From Candidatus Binatus sp. (lineage in GTDB: Bacteria; Desulfobacterota; Binatia; Binatales; Binataceae), in the NCBI RefSeq assembly GCF_049584895.1, contig NZ_JBAUYR010000001.1, positions 321 to 64,320 on the forward strand: 64,000 nt of DNA, in the 5' to 3' direction. The notes beneath the pieces were generated by a model. It saw nothing but the letters and a program-made list of their open reading frames with translations. It made no database searches and was not told the origin of the DNA. Position numbers and translations under genes: made by a program. Of the stretch, positions 25,835-35,330 are shown one piece after another. Each line of letters starts with the position of its first letter. The stretch's first letter is position 1.

Positions 25835-28800
25835 TTGAGTTTGTTCAAGCGAGTATTGATTGCCAACCGAGGTGAAATCGCGATCCGCGTCGCGCGCGCC
25901 GCGTCGGCGCTCGGGCTGGAGTCGGTCAGTGTATACGCCCCGGCTGACGCACTCTCGCTCCATATCCGCGTTACGACCGAGTCGCGCGAGATTGGCAGCT
26001 CGCGCGGGCCGTCGAGCGATCCGGTGCGCGCCTATCTCGACATCGAAGCGCTGATCGAGGCCGCCAAGGCCACTCGCTGCGACAGCGTGCATCCCGGCTA
26101 CGGCTTCTTGTCCGAGAATACCAGCTTCGCCAAGCGATGCCTTGAAGAGGGTATCGCCTTCATCGGGCCGCGTCCCGAGACGCTGGCGCTGTTCGGCGAC
26201 AAGACCAAGGCGCGCGCTCTGGCCCGCTCACTCGACATTCCGATCATTCCAGGCAGTTCCACAGCCTTGGCGAGCGTCGAGGATGCCTTGGCGGTCAGCA
26301 AGACGATCGGCTATCCGGTCATGCTGAAAGCGGCAGGAGGCGGCGGCGGCCGGGGTATGCGCGTCGTCGCAAGCGCCGACGAAATGTCAGCGGCGTTGGC
26401 CAGATGCCGCAGCGAAGCTCTGGCGGCGTTCGGCGACGACTCAGTGTTTGTCGAGAAGCTGGTTGCGCGGCCACGGCATATCGAGGTCCAGATCCTGGCC
26501 GACAGTCACGGAAACATCGTTCATCTCTACGAACGCGATTGCTCGGTCCAGCTTCGAAATCAGAAAGTTGTCGAGATCGCGCCGGCTCCGGGGCTGGAGG
26601 CTGGCCTTCGGCGACGCTTGCTGGAAGACGCGATTCGCCTCGCGCGCGCTGCTGGCTTTGTGAACGCCGGCACCATCGAGTTCCTGGTCAACCCGGAGCG
26701 CGCCGAACACTTTTTCATCGAGTGCAATCCCCGCATCCAGGTTGAGCACACCGTGACCGAGCAGGTTACGGGCATCGACCTGGTCGAGTCCCAATTCCGC
26801 ATCGCGGCGGGCGAGTCGCTGAAAACTCTCGGGATCCCGGATCAAGCCGCGGTCAAAACGCCGCGCGGTTTTGCCGTACAAGCGCGCATCGTCGCGGTCG
26901 GGCCCGGCGTACTGACCGCGTACAAGGAGCCGACGGGTCCCGGAGTGCGAGTCGATTCATCCGCATATCTCGGCTACGCGCCGCCGCCGCAATTCGATCC
27001 GATGTTCGCCAAGCTCATCTGCCAGTCGAACTCGACGCATTCGTTCGAGTCGGCACTCGACCACACGTTGCGCGCGCTGGATGAGTTCCACATCGCCGGT
27101 CTGCCGACCAATCTTCGACGACTGCGCGCAGTCCTCTCTCATCCGGCGGTACGGGCGGGCGACGCGCGGACCAGCTTTTTCTCCGAGTATCCCGAGCTGG
27201 CCGTGCCGACTGGTGCGGAGGCCTCCGCCTCGGGCTCAGTGGCGCTGCTCGAACAGCAGGCGACGGCTCTCCGCGGCGGCAAGAACGCGCTCGGCCTGTC
27301 GGCTGCACGGATCGCATCGGACAGCTTGGCCGTGCCGAGCGGCGAGGAAGGGGTCGAAAGCCCAATGGAGGGTGCGATCATCGAGCTCCCGGTGGAGGCC
27401 GGCGCTACGGTTGAGGCCGGTGCGACGCTAATGATCATCAGCGCCATGAAAATGGAAACCGCGATCACCGCACCCTGTGCCGGCGTCGTGACCGCGATCA
27501 GGCCCGCCGAGATCGGCGCCATTGTCGCGTCTGGTCAGATTGTCGCCACGATCGCTCCGGCTAAACGCGACAGTGACGCAGCCTCGCCACGCCGCTATGG
27601 CGACGATACCTGGGCGCCAATGCTCGCCGACGTGCAGACGTTGCAGGCGATCGCCCATCACCGCTTCGCGCCGGGGTCGACCGATCCGGGCGTGGTCCGC
27701 CAGCGCTCTCGCGGCAAGCTGACCTGCCGGGAGCGAATCGATCTGCTGCTCGACGCCGGCAGCTTTCGCGAGGTCGGGAGCCTCGCAGGCTTCGCAGACT
27801 ACGACGAAGATGGAAAGGTCGCGGGCTTCACGCCCGCCAACCATATCGGTGGCTGGGGCAAGATTGACCGCCGGACGGTCGTGGTATGCGCCGACGATTT
27901 CACCTCGCGCGGCGGGCATGCCGACGGCGCGATTGGCGGCAAGAGCGCGCATCTCGATCGGCTGTCGATCGACCTTCGGTGCCCGTCGATCCGATTGCTC
28001 GACGGCTCGTCAGGCGGCGGCAGCATCGCAGCCATGGTCCCCAAACAGCAGAAGGCCGGCGAGAGCAGCGCGCAGGAAAGCTCGGGCGCAATAGTCGCTG
28101 GCCGGCCCCGGGTGTCTGGCGAGGGTGGATCGTTCCTGCCGGGCCACCTCGGCAGCACTATGTACGTCGCGCAGCTTAGCCAGGTGCCGGTGGTCAATCT
28201 GCTGCTCGGCAGCGTAGTCGGCATCGGCGCTGCCAAGGCTGTGCTCGGCCATTTCTCGGTCATGGTGCGCGACATCGCGCAGCTGTTCGTGGCGGGACCG
28301 CCGGTGGTCAGGCACGCAATGGGTTACGACATCACGAAAGAGGAATTGGGCGGCTGGCATATCCATTGCCGGAACGGCTCGGTCGACAATCTCGCGGAGT
28401 CGGAGCAAGCGGCAGCTTCGATGACGAAGCGGTTCCTCTCCTACCTACCCTCGAGTGTCTACGAAGCGCCGCCTGTCCATGAGCCAAACCCAGCTGATCC
28501 GATTGACCGTCGGGAAGAAGAGCTGTTTACGATTGTTCCCCGCAAGCGCACCACGACCTTCGACATGCGCCGAGCCATCCGGTTGATGGGGGACCAAGGC
28601 TCGTTCTTCGAGATCGGGCCGCTGTGGGGTACCGACCAGATTGTTGGCTTCGTACGCTTCAACGGCTATCCCATGGGCGTCGTCGCATCTGACTCTCGGC
28701 ACGTCAATGGCGGCGCGCTAACGGCCGATGGTTGCGACAAGCTCAAGCGTCACCTCGACCTGTGCGACCTGTTCCATCTTCCCCTGCTGAACCTGATCGA

Positions 28801-29269
28801 CAATCCGGGGTTCGCGGTGGGCCTCGAGCACGAAATAGCCGGCACCATTCGCAAGGGTGGCGAGTGGATGATCGCATTCGCGCAGGTAGCAGTTCCGATC
28901 TTCACCGTCATTATGCGCCGCAGCTTTGGCGTCGCCGGCAACAACTTTGCAACGCCTCGCAGCGGCGCCAGTGCGCGCGTCGCGTGGCCCGCGGCTGACG
29001 TCGGCGGCATCCCGCCCGAAGGTGGCATCGAGGCCGCTTACAAACGCCAGCTTGCCGAGGCCGCCGATCCAGCAGCACTGCGAGCCGAGATCAATGCGCG
29101 TATCGAAAGCGCGCGGGGACCCATCGGGCCACTCAACCGGTTCCAGATGGAGGAAATGATCGACCCGCGCGACACACGGCGTTGGATTTGCGAATGGGTC
29201 GAGAATGCCTATCGCATCGTCACGCAACCCGCCTTGCTGGTGCCTCGAGCGCTGCAATTCAGGCCATAG
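25835..29269 (+). CDS. single-chain multidomain biotin-dependent acyl-CoA carboxylase (BC-linker-BCCP-CT; LCC-type)
   Basis: 1144 aa. The biotin carboxylase N-terminus reads KRVLIANRGEIAIRVARAA with an ATP-grasp (MLKAAGGGGGRGMRVV). The biotinyl-lysine motif is ISAMKMETAI. The C-terminal roughly 550 aa is a carboxyltransferase domain (GGWGKIDRRTVVVCADDFT..GG, LIDNPGF). The domain order matches the long-chain acyl-CoA carboxylase described from Mycobacterium avium subsp. paratuberculosis. Confidence 0.8.
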   Translation: MSLFKRVLIANRGEIAIRVARAASALGLESVSVYAPADALSLHIRVTTESREIGSSRGPSSDPVRAYLDIEALIEAAKATRCDSVHPGYGFLSENTSFAKRCLEEGIAFIGPRPETLALFGDKTKARALARSLDIPIIPGSSTALASVEDALAVSKTIGYPVMLKAAGGGGGRGMRVVASADEMSAALARCRSEALAAFGDDSVFVEKLVARPRHIEVQILADSHGNIVHLYERDCSVQLRNQKVVEIAPAPGLEAGLRRRLLEDAIRLARAAGFVNAGTIEFLVNPERAEHFFIECNPRIQVEHTVTEQVTGIDLVESQFRIAAGESLKTLGIPDQAAVKTPRGFAVQARIVAVGPGVLTAYKEPTGPGVRVDSSAYLGYAPPPQFDPMFAKLICQSNSTHSFESALDHTLRALDEFHIAGLPTNLRRLRAVLSHPAVRAGDARTSFFSEYPELAVPTGAEASASGSVALLEQQATALRGGKNALGLSAARIASDSLAVPSGEEGVESPMEGAIIELPVEAGATVEAGATLMIISAMKMETAITAPCAGVVTAIRPAEIGAIVASGQIVATIAPAKRDSDAASPRRYGDDTWAPMLADVQTLQAIAHHRFAPGSTDPGVVRQRSRGKLTCRERIDLLLDAGSFREVGSLAGFADYDEDGKVAGFTPANHIGGWGKIDRRTVVVCADDFTSRGGHADGAIGGKSAHLDRLSIDLRCPSIRLLDGSSGGGSIAAMVPKQQKAGESSAQESSGAIVAGRPRVSGEGGSFLPGHLGSTMYVAQLSQVPVVNLLLGSVVGIGAAKAVLGHFSVMVRDIAQLFVAGPPVVRHAMGYDITKEELGGWHIHCRNGSVDNLAESEQAAASMTKRFLSYLPSSVYEAPPVHEPNPADPIDRREEELFTIVPRKRTTTFDMRRAIRLMGDQGSFFEIGPLWGTDQIVGFVRFNGYPMGVVASDSRHVNGGALTADGCDKLKRHLDLCDLFHLPLLNLIDNPGFAVGLEHEIAGTIRKGGEWMIAFAQVAVPIFTVIMRRSFGVAGNNFATPRSGASARVAWPAADVGGIPPEGGIEAAYKRQLAEAADPAALRAEINARIESARGPIGPLNRFQMEEMIDPRDTRRWICEWVENAYRIVTQPALLVPRALQFRP

Positions 29270-29326
29270 TCCGCCGTAATGGATAATCTCTAACCAACGT
29301 AGTAAGACGGGCAAAGGAGACAGCCT

Positions 29327-29818
29327 ATGGCCCGGAAGAACCTCGGTGATGCCTTCGGCGGCAAGATCACCACCCTGGAAGAACAGCGCGCAATCTGGCG
29401 CGACGCCCTGCACCAGGACGCCATCTGGGAGGGACCGACGTTCGAGATCCCGGTGACGCTGATTGGGTACGAGGCCGCGAGCCGTTTTATGGAATTTCTG
29501 CTGAGCGTGGTTCCGCGCTTCAGCACAACGCCGGCAACGGTGTATCCCACAGCCGATCCGGATACCACCATCGTGGAATCATCGGGCGGTGGCGATACCG
29601 TGGACGGCGGCCGCTATACGCAGCGCTATTTCACCCTGATCACCATCAGAAACGGTCAGGCTTTCCGCATGCGCGAATACGTTAATCCATTCCAGACCTA
29701 CAAGAGCTTCGGGAAGGAGCGCTGGGAGCGTGTCGTCTCCGAGATTGCGGCGAAGTACAACCGGCCCTGGCCCGCGTCGCAACTCCCCGACCCAATCGTG
29801 TTGCCGCCACTCAGGTAA
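29327..29818 (+). CDS. NTF2/SnoaL-like fold protein (PhzA/B-like)
   Basis: 163 aa with a good RBS (AAGGAGA). The size and alpha+beta pattern (...RYFTLITIRNGQAFRMREYVNPF) fit the NTF2-like superfamily. The specific function is unknown. Confidence 0.55.
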   Translation: MARKNLGDAFGGKITTLEEQRAIWRDALHQDAIWEGPTFEIPVTLIGYEAASRFMEFLLSVVPRFSTTPATVYPTADPDTTIVESSGGGDTVDGGRYTQRYFTLITIRNGQAFRMREYVNPFQTYKSFGKERWERVVSEIAAKYNRPWPASQLPDPIVLPPLR

Positions 29819-29863
29819 ACGCCGTCGCCCGCCTCTAAAGCTTAATCTGAGACACTACCGCAA

Positions 29864-31072
29864 ATGGGAAGTCACCGCTCCAACGAAAACTATCCATCCG
29901 CCGACGTGGCCGAGTCGAACAGTCTTCTGGTTGCCCCGCTGCTACCTTTGATAGCAGGGCAGGCGGCTGAGGCCGACGCCACGCGGTCCGTCGCTCCGAC
30001 GGTGATCGCGGCGCTGAAGGGCAACGATGTTATGCGCATGTCAGCCGTCCGAGCCTTGGGCGGGCTTGAAAGTAGCGTAACCGCGATGGGACGAGAGCTG
30101 GAAGCAGTGGCCGCGGCCTGCGGCTCAACCGGCTGGTGTCTTTGGAACCACCTGTGTGTGTTCCATTTCTACTGCGGCCTTCTGGGTCCCGCGCATATCG
30201 GGTTGCTGCGCAGTATCACTGCCAACCGGCACTGGGTCTGCTTGCCGGCCGGCGCTGGGACCGGAGTGATTGGCAGAGTGGACGGGGATGAGGTCGTGCT
30301 GAACGGAATCGCCTCCTTTGGCTCCGGTGGCCGCTATTCGGACTATGCGGGCGTCACTTTCGTCTTCGAGGGCGAACGGCAGCCGCACTTGACCTTAGTG
30401 CGTACCGATCAGCAGGGCGTGCGCATCGACCCAACCTGGAAGGCAATGAGCCTTCGCGCCTCCGCGACTGATCACGTGCACTATGAAGAAGTGCGAGCAC
30501 CTCTCTCGGGGGTGGTGCCGTTCCCGTTGCCATACAGGGTTGCCTTCCGCGATCCGGCCTACGCAGTCATCGACGATCGCTATCGCGAGGATTGGGTGGC
30601 CCTTTCCGACCTTTGGCTCGGCTGTATGGCGGTGGGAGTCGCCGACGCGGCATTGAAGGACGCGTGCATAGGCATCCAAGGCCGAATCGCTATCATGGGA
30701 GTCAAGATGGTGGAGAGACCCACCATCCACGTAAATCTCGGCCATGCCGTCGCCCTGATCTACGCGGCGCGCGCGGCAGTCTATGACTCCTGCGCCGCGA
30801 CGGATGCTCGTATTGCGGCGCATCAGACTCCGACGGAGGGCGACTATTTGGAACAGCTCGGGGCCAGCATGATAGCTCTGCGCTTGTGCGACGAGGCCAT
30901 GCGGCTGATCCTGCGCGTGCTGGGCGGAAATGGTCTCCGAGAGGGGCAGTCCTTCGAACGCCGCTACCGTGATTTTCAGGCGATGCCTCTGCACATCAAC
31001 GCGCATCCTGATCGGGTGTCGGAACAACTTGGACGTCACGCGCTTGGCCTGGCGACCGAGAACCCGTTCTGA
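29864..31072 (+). CDS. acyl-CoA dehydrogenase family protein
   Basis: 402 aa. The C-terminal helical domain ...AMRLILRVLGGNGLREGQSFERRYRDFQAMPLHI is typical of ACAD and ACAD-like flavin monooxygenases. Confidence 0.7.
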   Translation: MGSHRSNENYPSADVAESNSLLVAPLLPLIAGQAAEADATRSVAPTVIAALKGNDVMRMSAVRALGGLESSVTAMGRELEAVAAACGSTGWCLWNHLCVFHFYCGLLGPAHIGLLRSITANRHWVCLPAGAGTGVIGRVDGDEVVLNGIASFGSGGRYSDYAGVTFVFEGERQPHLTLVRTDQQGVRIDPTWKAMSLRASATDHVHYEEVRAPLSGVVPFPLPYRVAFRDPAYAVIDDRYREDWVALSDLWLGCMAVGVADAALKDACIGIQGRIAIMGVKMVERPTIHVNLGHAVALIYAARAAVYDSCAATDARIAAHQTPTEGDYLEQLGASMIALRLCDEAMRLILRVLGGNGLREGQSFERRYRDFQAMPLHINAHPDRVSEQLGRHALGLATENPF

Positions 31073-31080
31073 ACCTCAGG

Positions 31081-31384
31081 CTACTCGTGCGAATGAGACA
31101 GTCGGTTTGTCAAACCCCGCGCGCTCAGACCGAGCCCGGCGTCCGCGGCTACTCGAGCCGACTTGGCGAGGAACTGGCGCCGAGTCAGAGCGACGTCACT
31201 TATAGACAATTCGCCACATTCACTCGACCCCAAAACATCATCCATCTCCCGTCCAACGGAATGGCGTCAATTCGATATTAATTCTCGCAGTCGCTCAAAT
31301 TCCGGTTCGGATAGAATTTTTGATAGCGACACGGGCTTCGGCCGCGCCTTGTCCTCGCGCGCCGCCGGAAATCAGAGCAAGCAC
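31081..31384 (-). pseudogene. decayed N-terminal part of an SDR gene
   Basis: The minus-strand translation is V-LALISGGARGQGAAEARV, then a stop. A shifted frame continues ...GELSISDVALTRRQFLAKSARVAADAGLGLSARGLTN. This follows the order of SDR motifs (TGGxxGxG ... DV(T/S) ... G.l..LVNN). It lies in an otherwise unexplained 438-nt gap. Confidence 0.3.
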
Positions 31385-31510
31385 AGCTCTCGGATATGGA
31401 ATGTCACCGCACTCGCATCGAGGCTCCGGCGGGCTGATAATGAACCAAAATGGATGCAGGTAACGTGGTTAGGTATGGATGATTGCTCTTCTTGATCGGG
31501 TGATTGTGCG

Positions 31511-33022
31511 ATGGAAACGCCAGCGAAGATCGAAGGGACGGCGGCTCCCGGAAGGAACAACCGAGCGTTCGAATTCCTGCGCGACATTCCGAAGCAGCTG
31601 CTGATCGCCGGGAAATGGGCGCCGGCTCAAGCTGGCGGTACTTTCCACACAATCAACCCGGCGACTGAAGAAGTGCTCACGACGGTGGCGGAAGGAGACG
31701 CGCGTGACGTCGACGCCGCTGTTAAGGCTGCTCGCGAAGCATTCGAGAACGGCCCGTGGTCTCACATCACGCCCCATCAGCGAGCCAAATATCTGCTGAA
31801 GATTGCTGAACTAGTCCAGAAGCACGCCGATGAATTGGCGCACGTGATCACGCTGGATAACGGCAAGCCGATCTCCGAGGCGAGAAACGAAGTTGCCAGA
31901 ACTGCAGAAGTCTTCATCTACTACGCCGGCTGGACGACGAAGATCTGCGGTGAGACCAATCCTTCCGATCCGTCTCTGTTCAACTACACCCTGCGGGAGC
32001 CGCTTGGTGTTTGCGGCCAGATCATTCCGTGGAATGGCCCGCTCTCGATGGTGGCATGGAAAGTCGCCCCAGCTCTCGCATGCGGCAATACCGTCGTTCT
32101 CAAGCCTGCCGAACAAACTCCTTTGCCCGCCCTCGCCTTCGGCAAGCTAACCCTCGAGGCCGGGCTTCCTGCCGGCGTCGTCAACATCATCACCGGCTTC
32201 GGTCCAACCGCGGGTGCAGCCATCGCGCGGCATCGGGATATCGACAAGGTCGCCTTCACCGGTTCCACCTCGGTGGGCAGAGAGATCTTGCAGGCGGCAG
32301 CCAGCAATTTGAAACGCGTTTCTCTCGAACTCGGGGGCAAGTCACCGAACATTATCTTCGACGACGCCAACCTCGAGTTGGCTGTGGCGGGTTCGGCTAT
32401 GGGAATTTTCAGAAACCAGGGGCAGGTGTGCTGTGCGGGCTCGCGAATTTTCATCCAGCAGAAAATTTACGACGAATTCGCAGAACGCCTCACGCAAGTC
32501 GCATCGGGCATCACCCTGGGAGATCCTCTTCAGCCTGGCACCACGATGGGGCCGCTGGTCTCCGATGAACAGTACGAGCGTGTGCTCGGTTATCTGAACG
32601 TCGGCCAGCAGGAAGGCGCCTGCGTCCGCGCGGGCGGCGAGCGCGGACCGCAGTCCAGGGGCTACTTCGTCGCGCCGACGGTCTTCGCCGACGTCAAGAG
32701 CGACATGCGGATAGCTCGCGAGGAAATTTTCGGCCCGGTCGCTTCCCTGATTCCCTTCCGGGACGAGACCGATGCAGTGCTGCAGGCAAACGATACCATT
32801 TACGGACTCGCGGCGGCGGTATGGACCCGAAACGTCAATCGCGCCCTCGCACTCGCGCGCCGTCTCAGGGCCGGCACAGTGTGGATCAACTGTTACGGGA
32901 TACTTGATCCGATCTCGCCGTTCGGCGGTTACAAGCAATCTGGTTTCGGCCGTGAGCTGGGCAAAGACTCGATCGAACTTTACACCCAGCCCAAGTCCGT
33001 CTTCATCAAGTTCCAGAAGTAG
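31511..33022 (+). CDS. NAD(P)-dependent aldehyde dehydrogenase
   Basis: 503 aa with VAFTGSTSVGREI, the catalytic Glu in LELGGKSPNII and the catalytic Cys in GQVCCAGSR. Confidence 0.9.
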   Translation: METPAKIEGTAAPGRNNRAFEFLRDIPKQLLIAGKWAPAQAGGTFHTINPATEEVLTTVAEGDARDVDAAVKAAREAFENGPWSHITPHQRAKYLLKIAELVQKHADELAHVITLDNGKPISEARNEVARTAEVFIYYAGWTTKICGETNPSDPSLFNYTLREPLGVCGQIIPWNGPLSMVAWKVAPALACGNTVVLKPAEQTPLPALAFGKLTLEAGLPAGVVNIITGFGPTAGAAIARHRDIDKVAFTGSTSVGREILQAAASNLKRVSLELGGKSPNIIFDDANLELAVAGSAMGIFRNQGQVCCAGSRIFIQQKIYDEFAERLTQVASGITLGDPLQPGTTMGPLVSDEQYERVLGYLNVGQQEGACVRAGGERGPQSRGYFVAPTVFADVKSDMRIAREEIFGPVASLIPFRDETDAVLQANDTIYGLAAAVWTRNVNRALALARRLRAGTVWINCYGILDPISPFGGYKQSGFGRELGKDSIELYTQPKSVFIKFQK

Positions 33023-33071
33023 TCTAGCGATAGCGCTGAATTGCGCCGCGGGTTTTCCGACTTCAACTCAT

Positions 33072-34070
33072 ATGCCAAGAACGATCCTGATGGGCGATCC
33101 GCAATACTTCTCAGTGAAGGGCGGGGCCAACCCGCACACGCGCAACATCCTTGGGCTTAAGAAGAGAGTCGATCCGGACCGGGCCCGCCGCCAATGGCAC
33201 ACGATGGCGAGGACATTGCTCGCGCATGGCGCAGAGGTGCTGGTGGTAGAGCCGCACGAGCTTCTTCCCGGTCTGGTCTATCCCGCCAACGCCGGTTTTC
33301 TTTACCCGCGAGAGGGTATCCCGGCCGCATGGAAGGTGTTTCACCTCGCCAACTTACTGCCCTCCCGGGCCCCCGAGCGTGATGTCTACCGATCATTCAT
33401 CCGATCGCTCGGTTTTGTCACCAACGAAATCGAGGCGCGGTTCGAAGGCGAAGCAGATTTCTTCCCAGCCGGCGCCTACATGCTGTTTACGCACGGGCCA
33501 ATCGAGCGGCAGCGCTTCGTACTGACGATCGGCCTGCCGCCGTGGAAACGGTTGTACGGGTTCCGCTCGGACGATCGCGCGATCGGCGAATTAGGGCGGA
33601 TCGCAGCCGGCGCGCAAATACTTTCTCTGGAACTGTGCCTTGAGGCCCATTACCACGGAGATACGGTGCTGTGCTCGTTCGGGCCTCGACGCGAGTTCGT
33701 GCTTGCTCACATGGATGGGCTGACGCGTCAGTCGGGGGAAGAATTGCGGAACGCATTTGCCTCTAATCTAGTAGAATTGCAAGCCGCCGATGCGGCACTC
33801 TATGCGGCCAACTCTTTTCAGGTCGAGTATCAGGGCAAGTACTATTTGTTCATGCCGCTGGGCGTTGGGGAAACGCTATGCCAACAGATTCGGGAGCGCG
33901 GCGTCGAGCCGGTACTGATAGATGTCAGCGAATTTCTGGCCAAGGGCGGTGGCTCGATTAAGTGCATGATCCTGGATCTCGGACCGTCGGCCGACCAGCC
34001 AAAAGGGGCCGAAGCGGCTTCGTTCCGAGCTCAGCGTAGTTACGGGCAGCTCTTTGAAATGGAATCTTGA
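33072..34070 (+). CDS. pentein (guanidino-group-modifying / amidinotransferase-DDAH) superfamily hydrolase
   Basis: The start is at MPRTILMGDP (33072); the longer ORF overlaps the ALDH gene. It is 332 aa with a C-terminal nucleophile motif AKGGGSIKCMILDL, typical of DDAH/amidinotransferase-fold enzymes. Confidence 0.6.
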   Translation: MPRTILMGDPQYFSVKGGANPHTRNILGLKKRVDPDRARRQWHTMARTLLAHGAEVLVVEPHELLPGLVYPANAGFLYPREGIPAAWKVFHLANLLPSRAPERDVYRSFIRSLGFVTNEIEARFEGEADFFPAGAYMLFTHGPIERQRFVLTIGLPPWKRLYGFRSDDRAIGELGRIAAGAQILSLELCLEAHYHGDTVLCSFGPRREFVLAHMDGLTRQSGEELRNAFASNLVELQAADAALYAANSFQVEYQGKYYLFMPLGVGETLCQQIRERGVEPVLIDVSEFLAKGGGSIKCMILDLGPSADQPKGAEAASFRAQRSYGQLFEMES

Positions 34071-34128
34071 GCAAACTCTTTTTCTCCCTGATCGCGAAAC
34101 CCCATATTGCGAGTGCTAGTCTCTTCGC

Positions 34129-35166
34129 ATGGCTTCAGCGCTTCCCTCGTTTCTCTTGCGCCAGGCCGGCCTGCAGGATCATCGCCAAATCCTCCGTCTC
34201 GCGCGCGAACTCGACTCGACTAACCTTCCGACCGATTCGGCAGAGCTGGCGGAGGTGCTCGAGCGATCAACAAAATCCTTCACGGGCGAAATCGCGAAGC
34301 GAGAGCATTCCATCTATGTATTTTGCGCGGAGGAGATAGGTAGGCGTCGAATCGTTGCGGCTTCGATGATCATCGGCAAGCACGGCACTCCGAGCTCACC
34401 GCATTACTACTTCGAGATGGATGCCGACGAGCGCTACTCGCACACGCTCCGCCGGAAGTTCCGGCATCCCTACCTGAGACTGCGCTATTCGATGGATGGG
34501 CCCTCAGAACTAGGAGGGCTGATTGTGAGTGCAGCAATGCGGGGGCATCCAGAGCGAATCGGCAAGCAGATCTCGTGGGTGAGATTCCTGTACATCGCGC
34601 GGCATCGCAGGCGCTTCCAGCGACAACTCATCGCAGAGATGCTTGCCTCCGGCGAGCCGGGACACGGAAATCGCTTCTGGGATCACTATGGACGGCTGGT
34701 CACCGGGCTCTCGTATCGGGAGGCGGATCGCATGTCAACGCGTGACAAGGAATTCATTCGCACGCTCTTTCCTGACGCGCCGCTGTACACATTCATGCTT
34801 CCGGAGCAGGTCCGCAGCTCGCTCGGCGTGGTTGGCGAGAACGCGCGCGGGGCAGTGAAGATCCTGGAGCAGGCCGGGATGCGATTCCTCAAGCAGATGG
34901 ATCCATTTGATGGCGGACCGTACTATGGCGCTGAAATCGAAAATCTTGCACCGGTAAAGTCCTTCGCATGGTATCGTGCAACGAAGGTTGAATCAGCGGA
35001 AAAAGAAGGGATACGCTACCTCATATCGCGCGAGGATGCCCGGGGATTTCGCGCGGTCGCGGCAACGGCGGCGGTCGATACCCGGCGGATGATCATCCCA
35101 CGCGCGATCCTCGATATCTTGAGCACGAAGTACGGCGACCGCATAGACGCCGCGCCCTTGCCATAG
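34129..35166 (+). CDS. astA: arginine N-succinyltransferase family protein
   Basis: 345 aa, collinear with E. coli AstA as recalled. Matching blocks are LPTDSAELAEVLERSTKSF, PSELGGLIVSAAMRG...IAEML, FWDHYGR...SYREADRM and FIRTLFPDAPLYTFMLPEQV...MDPFDGGPYYGAEI. Confidence 0.7.
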   Translation: MASALPSFLLRQAGLQDHRQILRLARELDSTNLPTDSAELAEVLERSTKSFTGEIAKREHSIYVFCAEEIGRRRIVAASMIIGKHGTPSSPHYYFEMDADERYSHTLRRKFRHPYLRLRYSMDGPSELGGLIVSAAMRGHPERIGKQISWVRFLYIARHRRRFQRQLIAEMLASGEPGHGNRFWDHYGRLVTGLSYREADRMSTRDKEFIRTLFPDAPLYTFMLPEQVRSSLGVVGENARGAVKILEQAGMRFLKQMDPFDGGPYYGAEIENLAPVKSFAWYRATKVESAEKEGIRYLISREDARGFRAVAATAAVDTRRMIIPRAILDILSTKYGDRIDAAPLP

Positions 35167-35330
35167 CTCGCGACTCGCACCGCGCAATTGCGCGACCTCG
35201 CGATCAAGAAGCGAGATATACGCGAGTGCATCACGCACTTCGCCGAGCGCGCGACCGTTTCACGTCGTTCAGGCTTACCTGAAGAAAGCCCGACTGTCAG
35301 CGGTGCGCGTTTGAGCGGATAAGGTTTCTT

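Noticed and set aside
27428-27952. 174-aa minus-strand ORF, and many similar antisense ORFs in the track (for example 694-1197, 5954-6718, 23942-24622, 28718-29413, 42510-43214, 56294-56956, 56982-57629)
   Set aside because: All lie opposite genes with strong motif support. They show no recognisable motifs and have the biased composition expected of antisense frames in GC-rich coding DNA.
32772-33071. 100-aa N-terminal extension of the pentein-fold gene
   Set aside because: It overlaps the 3' end of the aldehyde dehydrogenase in another frame. Family similarity starts at MPRTILMGDP.
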